A DNA stretch of 63,974 bases, counting the filler. It is 7 parts of 7 records of this genome, joined end to end, with 100 filler letters (N's around TTAATTAATTAA, not from the genome) between each part and the next. Parts side by side here need not be neighbours in the genome. Positions count along the whole stretch, not along the records: positions 1 to 6,036 come from SRR31156797_28767; positions 6,137 to 12,915 come from SRR31156797_28776; 5 more parts are not named here. One strand, 5' to 3'. The notes under the pieces were generated by a model, which was given only the letters and a program-made list of their open reading frames with translations, searched no databases and was not told the origin of the DNA. Of this stretch, positions 1 through 10,977 are shown piece after piece (positions within the stretch are counted from its first letter, which is position 1; each line of letters opens with the position of its first letter). Position numbers and translations under genes: made by a program.

Positions 1-608
1 ATTTCAGTTATTTCAATTGATCCTGATTCCTGAAAATAAGTTTTTGCAGGGCCACCCATTGAGTCTTCACTTTCTTCATCAATGTCTTCAAAAATAAGAA
101 TGCATTCTGTGCATGTATTAAGCTTCTGATTATTTTCAGCGCCAAGATCATATGTTCCTATTGTAAAATCAAAGATCTCTTCTGATTCTTCTTCAGAGTA
201 ATCATAGAACATCATCTGAACCCAATCAGGAAGGTCTTCTTCTCCAAGAGCTTCGTTCGGATCACCGCTATAATCAGCGCCGTCAGTGTATGAATCGACC
301 CACAGCTCTCCAAGAGTAATCACCTTACACTTATTAACATCAGCATCGGCATCATCAGCTTCGTTATCAGTTGCACTGTCATCTTCTTCCTGGTCTTCAT
401 CTTTGACCATATCGTCATTTTCATCAACAACTTCATTGTCCTTATCTTCAATCATTTGTGAATCAGACACATCATCATCACCAACTATTGCAGTATCAGT
501 GTTTTCATCGCCGCAATTCTCACAATCTTTACAATTATTTTCACTACAGGAAATAAAGATCTGAAATGATAAAAAGACAGTAACAATCATTAAAATTTTG
601 AACTTCAT
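1..608 (-). CDS. Acidic predicted lipoprotein, 3' end truncated by the window edge
   Basis: Manual translation from ATG 608: MKFKILMIVTVFLSFQIFISC (lipobox-like), CKDCENC, then a D/E-rich linker and a globular part (TYDLGAENNQKLNTCTEC). No stop seen in the stretches translated. Absent from the ORF track. Confidence 0.75.
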   Translation of the reverse strand, partial: MKFKILMIVTVFLSFQIFISCSENNCKDCENCGDENTDTAIVGDDDVSDSQMIEDKDNEVVDENDDMVKDEDQEEDDSATDNEADDADADVNKCKVITLGELWVDSYTDGADYSGDPNEALGEEDLPDWVQMMFYDYSEEESEEIFDFTIGTYDLGAENNQKLNTCTECILIFEDIDEESEDSMGGPAKTYFQESGSIEITE

Positions 609-693
609 TTTTTTTCTCCAGTTTTTCAAAAAATTACACACGCTTAAGTCGGAGGATACGAATATTATTTAAAAAGCCAAGATTTTTAAGGGA

Positions 694-1854
694 TTATTTA
701 AGCATTTCCTCGCCGCTGAAATCACGGTAAAGTGAAAGCTGATCAAGAATGAAATCGTAATCTTTAGAGTTATCTACAACAATTTCAGAAATTATCTTAC
801 CAAGTCCCGGACCCAACATATAACCCTGACCGCACATACCGACAGTAAGGAAAAGGTTCTTAACCTCCTTTGCAAATCCAACGATCGGAAAACCGTCAGG
901 AGTCATTGGATAAAGTCCTCTCCAGGTTCTTCTTACTCTAAGGTTTCTAAGTCTTGGATAAAGCTCTATCATCCTTTTTATAACTAACGGTAAAAATTCA
1001 CTTGTGTTATCACTATCCTTTCCGGGAGCTTTTGGATGAGGAGTGATACAGAAAACAACCTGACCTTCGATATTTTGATAAAAATAATAGTTATGAGACT
1101 GTGCGTCAGGCCTGATATCAACGACCATTGGTTTAAAAAATGACTGGACAGGCTCTGTTATTCCAGCTTCGTGTGAATCAGGATAAACCGGAAGCTCAAG
1201 TCCGCTCATTTTTCCAACTTCTCTTGCGTCTCCTCCAGCTGCATTTACAAAAAGGTCGGCTGTATAAACATCTTTAGTTGTTTTCACGCTCTTAATTTCA
1301 TCGCCGTCCATTTCCATGGAAAGCACATTTTCATAGAATTTAAAATCAACACCGGCTTTGGTTGCAAGTTTGAAAAATGCACCAGTTGTCTTTAGTGGAG
1401 AAGCGCTGCCGTCTTCCGGTGAAAAAGTTGCACCTCTAAGTCCTCTTTCGTTTATTCCGGGAACAAGTTCTTTCACCATTTCAGCATCGATCCAGTCAAT
1501 ATTCAGACCGAAACTTTTCTGAACAACAAGAAGCTCTTTTAAAGCCCTTTCTCTATCTGTATCATAAACTGGAAAAAGATATCCGCCTTCTATCCAGTCA
1601 ATATCAATTCCATGTTCTTTTTCCATATTTCTGACTATATCAAGCGATATGCTGCAGATCTTGATCTTTGCCGGATCACTATGGGTCGCTCTTATCCCAC
1701 CAATTGCCGCCCTATTCTGCCCACGCCCTGTTGATGCATGTTTTTCAATGACACAGACCTTTTTACCTTTTTTAGCAAGATAGTAAGCTAGAGGAGCTCC
1801 AATACTTCCACCGCCAATTATCAGGATATCATATTTTTTCATATCACTCTCCAC
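694..1854 (-). CDS. FAD-binding oxidoreductase (DAO/SoxB, dye-linked proline dehydrogenase beta-like)
   Basis: N-terminal GGGSIG dinucleotide motif, C-terminal WRGLYPMTPDGFPIVG and GMCGQG; overlaps the upstream subunit gene. Confidence 0.85.
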   Translation of the reverse strand: MESDMKKYDILIIGGGSIGAPLAYYLAKKGKKVCVIEKHASTGRGQNRAAIGGIRATHSDPAKIKICSISLDIVRNMEKEHGIDIDWIEGGYLFPVYDTDRERALKELLVVQKSFGLNIDWIDAEMVKELVPGINERGLRGATFSPEDGSASPLKTTGAFFKLATKAGVDFKFYENVLSMEMDGDEIKSVKTTKDVYTADLFVNAAGGDAREVGKMSGLELPVYPDSHEAGITEPVQSFFKPMVVDIRPDAQSHNYYFYQNIEGQVVFCITPHPKAPGKDSDNTSEFLPLVIKRMIELYPRLRNLRVRRTWRGLYPMTPDGFPIVGFAKEVKNLFLTVGMCGQGYMLGPGLGKIISEIVVDNSKDYDFILDQLSLYRDFSGEEMLK

Positions 1855-3916
1855 TCTCTTCGTTGATCAGTGCAAACATCGGTGTCTCAACACACATTGG
1901 TCTATTCGTACCTTCTGTTACCTCAGACCAGTCTACACCTGCAGCTTTAAAAACTCTCGGCATCTGAACGGAACATGTCTTACTTCCGCAAGCACCCATA
2001 CCGACCCTTATCTGTTTAAGCTGATTTATGTCTCTAACATCATTTTCCTTAATAAATTCAACACATTCCTTCAATGCCACTCTTTCACAGCGACAGACAA
2101 TTCCGTTCTCGGGAACATAGTCATATTCAGCCTTATCCAGTGGTTTAACAACTGATTCTTCCTGAACCTTAGTACCCATAACAAGAGGTGCATTTTCCAA
2201 AGAACACTTAACAGTTACAAGTGATGTCTTATATTTTTTGTTAAACATAACCTTAACAACTTCGCCATCTTCAAGATAGTTTCCATCCATATCATTTAGA
2301 GGGATTTTATCTCCTACCTTAAGATCACAGTTAAATTCGTATGGAAGCATCACATCGGCTTCTTTTTCACCAGTCTTTTTTACAAGAGTGATCGCAAGTC
2401 CGGGGCAAGCAGCAACACAGATCCCGCAACCGATACAATCGCCGGAAAGATACGGTATATCCATAATGGTTCCGGACTTATCCATTAATTTAATAGCGTT
2501 CTTAGGACAGACCGTTGTACACGGATTACAAGGAATTTCCTGAACACAGCTGAAGTTAGGATTAAATTTCTCAGTCGGGTTAAGCGGATCAAGTCTGTGA
2601 ATAACACCCGGTTTTGATTTAAGCACTTCCGCCTTTTTATACCAGGTATCATCAACAACGACATCATCGCGACCAAGAAGTGCAGCCATCTTAAGACCTG
2701 CGATCCTTCCGCCGAACATAGCACTGCTTGCTTCAGCAATTTCCTGAGCGTCACCAGTCTTTATCACCTTAAATTCAAAACTCTCAGCCATATCATAAAA
2801 TTCATCTGCAGGTGAAAGTCCTGCAGCGACGAGAACTGTATCTACTTCAAAAGTTTTCGAAGTTTCTAAAACAGGGTTCCATGCGCTATTAACTTCTGCG
2901 ATCGTCACTCTTTGAACTTTATCTTCACCTTCTGCGCAAAGAACTGTGGTATTAAGATAGATAGGAACACCCATTCTTTTGATCTTATCTGCGTGAACCT
3001 TGTATCCGCTTATCTGTCCGGAGATCTCAATGATACCTGCGACTTCAATCCCAGCTTGAAGCGCGTGGTAGGCACCGATCAGACCGACATTTCCACTACC
3101 AATTATCATCACCTTGTCTGAAGATTTTACCAGATCACGGTTTACAAGTGTTTGAAAGGCACCGGCACCATAAACTCCCGGAAGATCGTTTCCAGGGAAA
3201 ACGATAGAGCGCTCCCTTGCACCTGCCGATATAACAAGTCCTTGAAAATCAATGAGAACGTAGTTTTTATTTTCAACAAAAACACCTGCTTTTCTATCCT
3301 TAAAAATACCGACAACAGCAGTTTCGGTAAATATCTTTACATTATCAAAACTTCTAACCTCTTCTTCCAGTATTGCGCCGATATCGTTGCCTCTAGTTCC
3401 GGCGTAGCAATCTTCCTCGCTTCCAAAGAATTTATGAGTCTGCAGAAGAAGTTTTCCACCAAGTTTATCTTTGTCATCGATCAGAACAACTCTAAATCCG
3501 AGTTTTGCAAGTTCAATTGTGCTTGTAAGTCCGCTTGGACCGCCACCGATAACAAGAACATCACAGACAACCGTCTTTTTCTCAAATCCTTTTATCCTTG
3601 AATCATCTTTTGGTAGCTTTGGAAGATGTCTGAGAGTCTCAACATTCATTCCTTCATGAAGTGGTGTGATACATGATTTTAAAGGTCTTCCGTCAATTAT
3701 AACAGTACATTGACTGCACATTCCATTTGCACAGAAGATCCCTTGAGGAGCGTCACCTTTTTTGTGGATCGAAAATTCAGAAATACCATTTGCAAATAAG
3801 GCTGAACTGACCATTTCCCCTTCAAAACCAGTCATTGCATCGCCATTAAAAGTGAATTTCACTTCTTTCCTGTCTGTAGGACTGTCAAGAACCGGGTGTT
3901 TTGTGATCCTTTTCAT
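1844..3916 (-). CDS. Fused 2Fe-2S / FAD-NAD oxidoreductase / 2x4Fe-4S / BFD-like protein (sarcosine oxidase alpha or proline dehydrogenase-like)
   Basis: CANGMCSQC, GGGPSG, GSGNVG, CNPCTTVCP, CIGCGICVAACP and C-terminal CRCE...GACGSKTC. Confidence 0.85.
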   Translation of the reverse strand: MKRITKHPVLDSPTDRKEVKFTFNGDAMTGFEGEMVSSALFANGISEFSIHKKGDAPQGIFCANGMCSQCTVIIDGRPLKSCITPLHEGMNVETLRHLPKLPKDDSRIKGFEKKTVVCDVLVIGGGPSGLTSTIELAKLGFRVVLIDDKDKLGGKLLLQTHKFFGSEEDCYAGTRGNDIGAILEEEVRSFDNVKIFTETAVVGIFKDRKAGVFVENKNYVLIDFQGLVISAGARERSIVFPGNDLPGVYGAGAFQTLVNRDLVKSSDKVMIIGSGNVGLIGAYHALQAGIEVAGIIEISGQISGYKVHADKIKRMGVPIYLNTTVLCAEGEDKVQRVTIAEVNSAWNPVLETSKTFEVDTVLVAAGLSPADEFYDMAESFEFKVIKTGDAQEIAEASSAMFGGRIAGLKMAALLGRDDVVVDDTWYKKAEVLKSKPGVIHRLDPLNPTEKFNPNFSCVQEIPCNPCTTVCPKNAIKLMDKSGTIMDIPYLSGDCIGCGICVAACPGLAITLVKKTGEKEADVMLPYEFNCDLKVGDKIPLNDMDGNYLEDGEVVKVMFNKKYKTSLVTVKCSLENAPLVMGTKVQEESVVKPLDKAEYDYVPENGIVCRCERVALKECVEFIKENDVRDINQLKQIRVGMGACGSKTCSVQMPRVFKAAGVDWSEVTEGTNRPMCVETPMFALINEESGE

Positions 3917-4053
3917 TTTTTCCTCTAGATAAAACTAAATAACAATTTACAGCGGAGAATAAATCTCCAAAACCCAAAAGTCAAGAACAGAAAATTGACA
4001 AGACTTACTTAAAGAGACATATTTATGTGTTTTTACTATTTATGGAGAAAACT

Positions 4054-4677
4054 ATGCATAAGGCTATTGACCATCCACTTATTAAACACAAAATTACATG
4101 GATGAGAAAGATCGATACTGACAAGAAACACTTTAGAGAGTTATTAAACGAGATCTCAACAATGCTGATGTACGAAGCTTCAAGAGATCTGCCACTAAGA
4201 GAAGTTGAAGTTGAAACGCCTTTAATGAAAACAAAGTCTCTCATTCTTGAAGATAATGCTGTAGCGATCATACCGATTCTTAGAGCCGGACTTGGAATGA
4301 CAGATATCCTTCAGGATCTGCTTCCAATTGCAAAGGTTGGACATATCGGCCTTTTTAGAAACGAAGAAACGCTTGAACCGGTTGAATACTACAAAAAACT
4401 TCCAAAAGATATCTCACAAAGACACGTCTATCTTGTTGATCCAATGCTTGCAACAGGCGGATCTTTAAGTGCAGCAGTTGATATTATTAAAAAGGAAAAC
4501 CCTGTTTCAATAAGAGTTCTTTCAATAATCGCCGCTCCTGAAGGACTTGAAAGAATGGAAAAAGATCATCCTGATGTAACTATCTACACCGCTCAGGTCG
4601 ATGAAAAATTAAATGAAAAAGGATATATACTTCCAGGTCTTGGAGATGCTGGAGATAGACTTTTCGGAACTCTTTAG
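4054..4677 (+). CDS. upp: Uracil phosphoribosyltransferase
   Basis: [17 protein letters not shown] and [20 protein letters not shown] 4054 follows GGAG. Confidence 0.97.
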   Translation: MHKAIDHPLIKHKITWMRKIDTDKKHFRELLNEISTMLMYEASRDLPLREVEVETPLMKTKSLILEDNAVAIIPILRAGLGMTDILQDLLPIAKVGHIGLFRNEETLEPVEYYKKLPKDISQRHVYLVDPMLATGGSLSAAVDIIKKENPVSIRVLSIIAAPEGLERMEKDHPDVTIYTAQVDEKLNEKGYILPGLGDAGDRLFGTL

Positions 4678-4684
4678 AACTAAT

Positions 4685-6036
4685 CTAGCTGCCGGGAACT
4701 TCGCAGATAAATGAATAGGTGTTGGTGGTTTCAGAATCATTCCATTTCCCGTCAACATACATCATTGTGCCCTGCTCATCTGTATTATTCGGCTCTCCAC
4801 TGTTCCAGTTAGCATAGCTGTAGTTATCACCACTTTCCCAGCCAAAATACTGATACTCTTCATCAGAGTAACTTATTGACATAACGTAAGTGCCGTAATC
4901 AGTATCTTCAAACCCTTGAACAGCAAAATAATATGTAGTTCCAGCGCTTAGAGAATAGTTAAAATATTCTTCACCTCCGTTACCTGGGTCATCCTCATAA
5001 ACTAATCTATTGCTATAAGTGACATCAGATCTATCCCACAAACGCAGTTCAGCATCCCAGTTTGAAGCAGGAGTTGCCGAAAAAGTGTAGAAACCTGAAA
5101 CAGCGGGTGTGATCTTGTAGTAGTGAGTGTAGTGCATATAATTGCTTCCATTTGGTGTATTCTGCTGAGTTCCTGTTGTATCTCCGGAGTATCGGCCTCC
5201 ATAAGTACCAACTTCAAAAGCATTTGCTGTGAGATCTCCGTTTCCTGAAGCGGCAACTCGCGCTGTAGCTGAATGCCCGCCAAGACCTATCCATATACTT
5301 CCACCACCGTTATCTGTGGCAAAAGACCGAACAACACCGTTTTCAGTAGCATTGTTAATGGTGACAAGATGAGCTGTACTGCCTGAATTTGTAGTCATTC
5401 CCTTGCACTGAGTCTCGGCTGATGCCTGATTTGCTACAGCAGCAACATAAAGATAACAGTTTCCTGATCCATCATGCCACCAGTCAACGCCTGATACAAA
5501 ACATGGATCTACTGAGCATACATTTTCTGAGTTACAAATTTCAGGATCAGTGCAATCCGCCGTTGTCAGACATTCGACACATTTTGTTGTACCGTCACCG
5601 TTGTCTTTACAAAGAAGAGTGTCTCCTGTACATTCATGACAATCAGAACCACATGTTGCAGCCTGGTCACAGAAGGTACAGCTTGTTCCGTCACCTGTGA
5701 AATAATCTTTACATGAACAAGTAAAGGATCCCGGAATATTTTCACAATCAGCATTTGCATTGCAATTATGAGTGGAGGTTGCGCATTCATCAATATCAAT
5801 GCACTTTCCGTCCTCATCATTTTCATAACCCGCTTCACATACTTCAAAAACTATATCAGCATCGTCTATCTCGTCAATATCTGTTTCGATATCTCCCGAA
5901 TCACCCATGTCCACATCATCTATTTCATCAATATCCACAGTATCATCGTCCTCTTCGTCCATGTCTGTCATTTCGTCCACTTCTTCTTCGTCTATATCTA
6001 TCATTTCGTCCACTTTGTCCTCTTCTTCTTCGTCCA
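4685..6036 (-). CDS. Acidic surface protein with Ca-binding EGF domain, Cys-rich repeats and a split C-type lectin domain; 5' truncated
   Basis: DIDECATSTHNC...GSFTCSC (cbEGF); HLVTI, WIGL, NWNSGEPNN, WND and FICE (C-type lectin). Confidence 0.8.
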
Positions 6037-6136
6037 NNNNNNNNNNNNNNNNNNNNNNNNNNNNNNNNNNNNNNNNNNNNTTAATTAATTAANNNNNNNN
6101 NNNNNNNNNNNNNNNNNNNNNNNNNNNNNNNNNNNN
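6037..6136. other. Artificial contig spacer
   Basis: Ns flanking TTAATTAATTAA; 100 nt. Confidence 0.98.
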
Positions 6137-6512
6137 AATATATTTGTACTAGAAAAATAATATATTTGTACATTTTTAGTAAATATAGTATTCTATATGA
6201 GTAAAGAAAATTTATATAGTATAATTTAAAAAAATAAAAGATCTTATTTGCAACATAAAAATTAATTAAATAGGTGTGAGAATGAATATTAATATTGGAA
6301 CTATTAGGAAAGCAGAGCACACAGATATAAATTGAAAAATTTATAACTAAGTGTGCTATATTTTTCTAAAAATTTCAGATATGCTGAAGTGTTCTATATT
6401 TTGGCAAGGATAATATTATCAACTGAAAAATTTAATGGATAATTTAACTTTATATAATTTAACTTAAAGATTAATGAAATTATATAAAGTTTTGAGACTG
6501 GAGGAATTGAGA

Positions 6513-9500
6513 ATGAAAAGAGGAATTGGGATACCTGAAGCCCAGGGATTATATAGTCCTGAGTTTGAAAAAGATAACTGTGGAATAGGTATGGTAACGG
6601 ATATTAAAGGAAGAAAGAGTCATAAGATAATTGAAATGGCTGCTCAAGTTTTAGAAAGAATTGAGCATAGAGGAGCAGTTGGTTCTGATCCAACTACCGG
6701 AGATGGAGCAGGAGTACTTATTCAAATTCCTGATGAGTTTTTTAGAACGAAAGTAGAAAATTTACCTGAAGAGGGTAAATATGGAGTTGGAATGATTTTC
6801 TTCCCTCAAGATGAGGTAGAAAGAAAACAGTGTGAGGAAATTGTTGAAAGAGTAATTGCAGAAGAGGGGCAAAAAGTAATTGCATGGAGAAATATACCTG
6901 TAAACAAAGATCAGGTTGGTAAAACTGCAGAACTTTCTAGACCGTATATTCAACAGGTATTTATTGAAAAATCGGAAGAAACAGAAAATTTAGAGTTAAG
7001 ATTATATATTATTAGAAAAAGAATTGAAAATGAAGTAAGAGCACTTAATTTGACACAAGAGGAGTTTTTCTATATTCCATCAATGTCATCAAGAATTATT
7101 GTTTATAAAGGACTTTTACTTGCAAATCAATCATTCTATCAAGATTTATCAGATGAATCTGTTAAATCTGCAATAGCCTTAGTACATCAAAGATATAGTA
7201 CAAATACATTCCCGTCTTGGGATTTAGCACAACCATTTAGATATTTAGCACATAATGGTGAAATAAATACAGTTAAAGGAAATGTTAACTGGATGACAGC
7301 TAGAGAACCTGAACTTTTTAATGAAGTATTCGGTGAGGAGATATCAAAACTATTCCCTCTTCAATTAGCTGAAAAATCAGATACGTCAAACTTAGATAAT
7401 GCGTTAGAATTTATGCTATGTTCAGGAAAATCAATTCTTGAAGCTGCGAGCATTTTAGTTCCGCCGGCTTGGGAAAATAACTCTGAGATGTCAGAAGAGA
7501 TGAAAGCATACTATGAGTACTACTCAGGGCTTGTTGAACCTTGGGATGGGCCAGCTTCGTTAGTAATGACTGATGGAACTCAAGTATTAGGGAAACTTGA
7601 CAGAAACGGGCTTAGACCAGCTAGATATCTGATTACTAAAGATGATATCATTATTCTAGCATCAGAAGCAGGAACAATTGATGTACCAGCAGATGAGATT
7701 AAAGAAAATGGAAGATTACAACCTGGAAAAGTTCTTCTGATTGATACAGCAGAAGGAAGAATTTTATCACAGGAAGAGATAGAGGAAAAACTTGTTTCAA
7801 AAGCAGAATTTGGAAAATGGCTTGAAAAGAAAAGAAGTTTAGCTGATTTAGCTGAAGTTGAAGCTAGATATGCTACTGATTTTGAAAATATATTTGATAC
7901 TTGGAGAGAATTTGGTTATACAAGAGAGCAGTTAAAAGAAGTTCTTGCTCCAATGGCAAAAAATGAAAAAGAACCAATTGGTTCAATGGGGAACGATGCA
8001 GCACTTGCAGTTCTTTCAAATAAATCAAAATCGTTATTTGAGTACTTTAAACAACTATTTGCACAGGTAACTAACCCACCAATTGATCCAATTAGAGAAG
8101 AGTTAGTAATGTCAATTACAACTCAATTAGGATGTCAGGGTAATATATTAGAAGATACAGAAGACAAAGCAAATGTTATAAAGCTTGATACTCCTGTACT
8201 TTTAAACAGTGAATTAGATAAAATATTAGCATTAAATGAAGAGCACTTCAAATCAGAAGTTGTATCTATGTTATTTGATGTAAGTGAAGGACTTGAAAAA
8301 GGACTTGAAGCTTTCTTTGCAGCAGCAGAAAAAGCTATAGATAATGGAGCAAATATCTTAGTATTAAGTGATAGAGGAGTAACAGAGGATAAAGCAGCAA
8401 TTCCAAGTTTACTTGCAACTGCCGGTTTACACCATCACTTAATTGCACAGAGAAAAAGAAATGGCCTTGACCTGATTGTTGAAACAGGTGAAGCTAGAGA
8501 AGTAATGCACTTTGCTCTACTTGTTGGATATGGAGCACTTGCAGTAAATCCATACTTAGCACTTGATTCGGTAGCTTATATGGTTGAAAAGCAGTTATAT
8601 TTAACAGCTGATAATGCAGTGAAAAAGCAAAAGAAATTTGTTAAAGCAATCGGAAAAGGGCTTAAAAAAGTTATGTCGAAAATGGGAATCTCAACTATCC
8701 AAAGTTACAGAGGAGCTCAAATTTTCGAGGCACTTGGACTTAAAAAAGAGTTAGTAGATAAATATTTTAAAGGAACTACTTCAAGAATTGAAGGAATCGG
8801 TTTAGATGTTGTTGAAGAAGAAACTCTTAGAAAACATAAAGAAGCCTTTGGACAACTTCAAGAGCAAGCAAAAGTTCTTAAGAATGAAGGGGAATTCCAC
8901 TGGAAGCAAGGTGGAGAAAAAAGATTATTTACTCCGGACGCAATTGCTAAATTACAACATTCAACTAGAAATGGTGATTTTGACGAGTATAAAGAATACG
9001 CTAAATTAATAAATGAACAGGGAAAAGACTTTGCAACTATTAGAGGACTTTTCAAACTTAAAAAAGGAAACTCAATCTCTATTGATGAAGTAGAATCTGT
9101 TGAGGAGATTACTAAAAGATTCGTAACAGGAGCTATGTCATTTGGTTCAATTTCAAGAGAAGCGCATGAAGCAATGGCAATAGCAATGAATACAATTGGA
9201 GGTAAATCAAACTCAGGAGAGGGTGGAGAAGACCCAGCTAGATTCCTTGATAACAGAAGAAGTGCTATCAAGCAGATTGCATCAGGTAGATTTGGAGTTA
9301 CAACTCACTACTTAGTAAATGCTGATGAACTTCAAATCAAAATGGCACAGGGAGCAAAACCTGGAGAGGGTGGACACTTACCAGGTCATAAAGTTAATGA
9401 TGAGATTGCGTCAGTAAGACATACATCACCTGGAATTGATTTAGTATCTCCACCGCCACATCATGATATTTACTCAATTGAAGATTTAGCACAGCTTATT

Positions 9501-10973
9501 TTCGATCTTAAGAACGTTAATCCATCTTCAAGAGTAAGTGTTAAACTTGTATCGGAAGTTGGAGTAGGAACAATCGCAGCAGGAGTTTCAAAAGCACATG
9601 CTGATATGATTCTTATCTCTGGATATGACGGAGGAACTGGAGCAGCACCTCTATCATCAATTAAACATACTGGACTTCCTTGGGAACTTGGACTTTCTGA
9701 AGCTCATCAAGTATTAATCCTTAATGACCTTAGAGGAAGAGTAAGAGTTCAGGCTGATGGACAGATGAAAACAGGAAGAGACGTTGCTATAGCGGCACTT
9801 CTTGGAGCGGAAGAGTTTGGATTCGCAACTGCACCCTTAGTAGTACTTGGATGTATTATGATGAGAGCTTGTCATACTAATATGTGTCCTGTAGGGGTAG
9901 CAACTCAAAATGCTGAACTTAGAAAGAGATTCTTAGGTAGATCTGAATACTTAATTAATTTCTTCAAATTCATCGCACAAGAATTAAGAGAAATTATGGC
10001 TGAATTAGGATTCAGAACTGTTGAAGAGATGGTTGGAAGAACTGATATGATCGAGATGAACGATGCTATTTCACATTGGAAAGCTAACGGAATCGACATC
10101 AGTAACATTCTATATAAACCACAAGTTGATGAGTCAATTGCAACTAAGTGTGTAACAACTCAAGATCACGGAATAGATTCTATCTTAGATAGAAAACTTA
10201 TAGAAGAAGCAAAACCAGCACTTGAAAATCAAGACAAAGTAGTAATTAATACTGATATTTTCAACATGAACAGAACTGTTGGTACAATGTTAAGTGGAGA
10301 AGTTGCTAAGAGATACGGAGGAGCTGGACTTGATACTGATACAATAACAATTAACTTCAAAGGTTATGCAGGTCAAAGTTTCGGAACATTCGGAATGCAA
10401 GGTATTACTTATAACTTAGAAGGACTTGCAAATGATTATGTAGGTAAAGGACTATTCGGAGCGAAATTAATCGTTAAAAAACCTGAAATAGCAGAATTTA
10501 AAGCAGAAGAAAATATGATCGCCGGAAACACTTGTTTCTATGGAGCAATCAGAGGAGAAGCTTATCTGAATGGTAAAGCCGGAGAAAGATTCTGCGTAAG
10601 AAACTCAGGAGTAAAAGCTGTTGTAGAAGGTGTTGGAGATCACGGTTGTGAATACATGACAGGTGGTAGAGTAGCAGTTCTTGGACTAACAGGAAGAAAC
10701 TTCGGAGCAGGTATGAGTGGAGGAATCGCTTATGTTTATGACATAGATGGTAACTTTGGCAGAAGAGTAAATCAAATGAATGTAGAGCTTGAAAAAGTTG
10801 AAACAGAAACTGATACTAATGAACTTAAAACAATGATAGAAAAACATGCTGAATATACAGATAGTTCAAGAGCAAAAGAGATTCTTGAAGCGTGGGAAGA
10901 AAATGTCGGTAAATTCGTAAAAGTAATATCACCGAAATATAGAGAACTTCTTGCACAAGGGAAGGTGAAGTAA
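6513..10973 (+). CDS. gltB: Glutamate synthase large subunit
   Basis: EKDNCGIG, HQRYSTNT, MEPWDGPA-like VEPWDGPA, QGAKPGEGG, GCEYMTGG; start placed at ATG 6513 after GGAGGA. Confidence 0.98.
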   Translation: MKRGIGIPEAQGLYSPEFEKDNCGIGMVTDIKGRKSHKIIEMAAQVLERIEHRGAVGSDPTTGDGAGVLIQIPDEFFRTKVENLPEEGKYGVGMIFFPQDEVERKQCEEIVERVIAEEGQKVIAWRNIPVNKDQVGKTAELSRPYIQQVFIEKSEETENLELRLYIIRKRIENEVRALNLTQEEFFYIPSMSSRIIVYKGLLLANQSFYQDLSDESVKSAIALVHQRYSTNTFPSWDLAQPFRYLAHNGEINTVKGNVNWMTAREPELFNEVFGEEISKLFPLQLAEKSDTSNLDNALEFMLCSGKSILEAASILVPPAWENNSEMSEEMKAYYEYYSGLVEPWDGPASLVMTDGTQVLGKLDRNGLRPARYLITKDDIIILASEAGTIDVPADEIKENGRLQPGKVLLIDTAEGRILSQEEIEEKLVSKAEFGKWLEKKRSLADLAEVEARYATDFENIFDTWREFGYTREQLKEVLAPMAKNEKEPIGSMGNDAALAVLSNKSKSLFEYFKQLFAQVTNPPIDPIREELVMSITTQLGCQGNILEDTEDKANVIKLDTPVLLNSELDKILALNEEHFKSEVVSMLFDVSEGLEKGLEAFFAAAEKAIDNGANILVLSDRGVTEDKAAIPSLLATAGLHHHLIAQRKRNGLDLIVETGEAREVMHFALLVGYGALAVNPYLALDSVAYMVEKQLYLTADNAVKKQKKFVKAIGKGLKKVMSKMGISTIQSYRGAQIFEALGLKKELVDKYFKGTTSRIEGIGLDVVEEETLRKHKEAFGQLQEQAKVLKNEGEFHWKQGGEKRLFTPDAIAKLQHSTRNGDFDEYKEYAKLINEQGKDFATIRGLFKLKKGNSISIDEVESVEEITKRFVTGAMSFGSISREAHEAMAIAMNTIGGKSNSGEGGEDPARFLDNRRSAIKQIASGRFGVTTHYLVNADELQIKMAQGAKPGEGGHLPGHKVNDEIASVRHTSPGIDLVSPPPHHDIYSIEDLAQLIFDLKNVNPSSRVSVKLVSEVGVGTIAAGVSKAHADMILISGYDGGTGAAPLSSIKHTGLPWELGLSEAHQVLILNDLRGRVRVQADGQMKTGRDVAIAALLGAEEFGFATAPLVVLGCIMMRACHTNMCPVGVATQNAELRKRFLGRSEYLINFFKFIAQELREIMAELGFRTVEEMVGRTDMIEMNDAISHWKANGIDISNILYKPQVDESIATKCVTTQDHGIDSILDRKLIEEAKPALENQDKVVINTDIFNMNRTVGTMLSGEVAKRYGGAGLDTDTITINFKGYAGQSFGTFGMQGITYNLEGLANDYVGKGLFGAKLIVKKPEIAEFKAEENMIAGNTCFYGAIRGEAYLNGKAGERFCVRNSGVKAVVEGVGDHGCEYMTGGRVAVLGLTGRNFGAGMSGGIAYVYDIDGNFGRRVNQMNVELEKVETETDTNELKTMIEKHAEYTDSSRAKEILEAWEENVGKFVKVISPKYRELLAQGKVK

Positions 10974-10977
10974 TAAG

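Noticed and set aside
286-564. Ser-rich plus-strand ORF
   Set aside because: Antisense shadow of the acidic lipoprotein on the minus strand.
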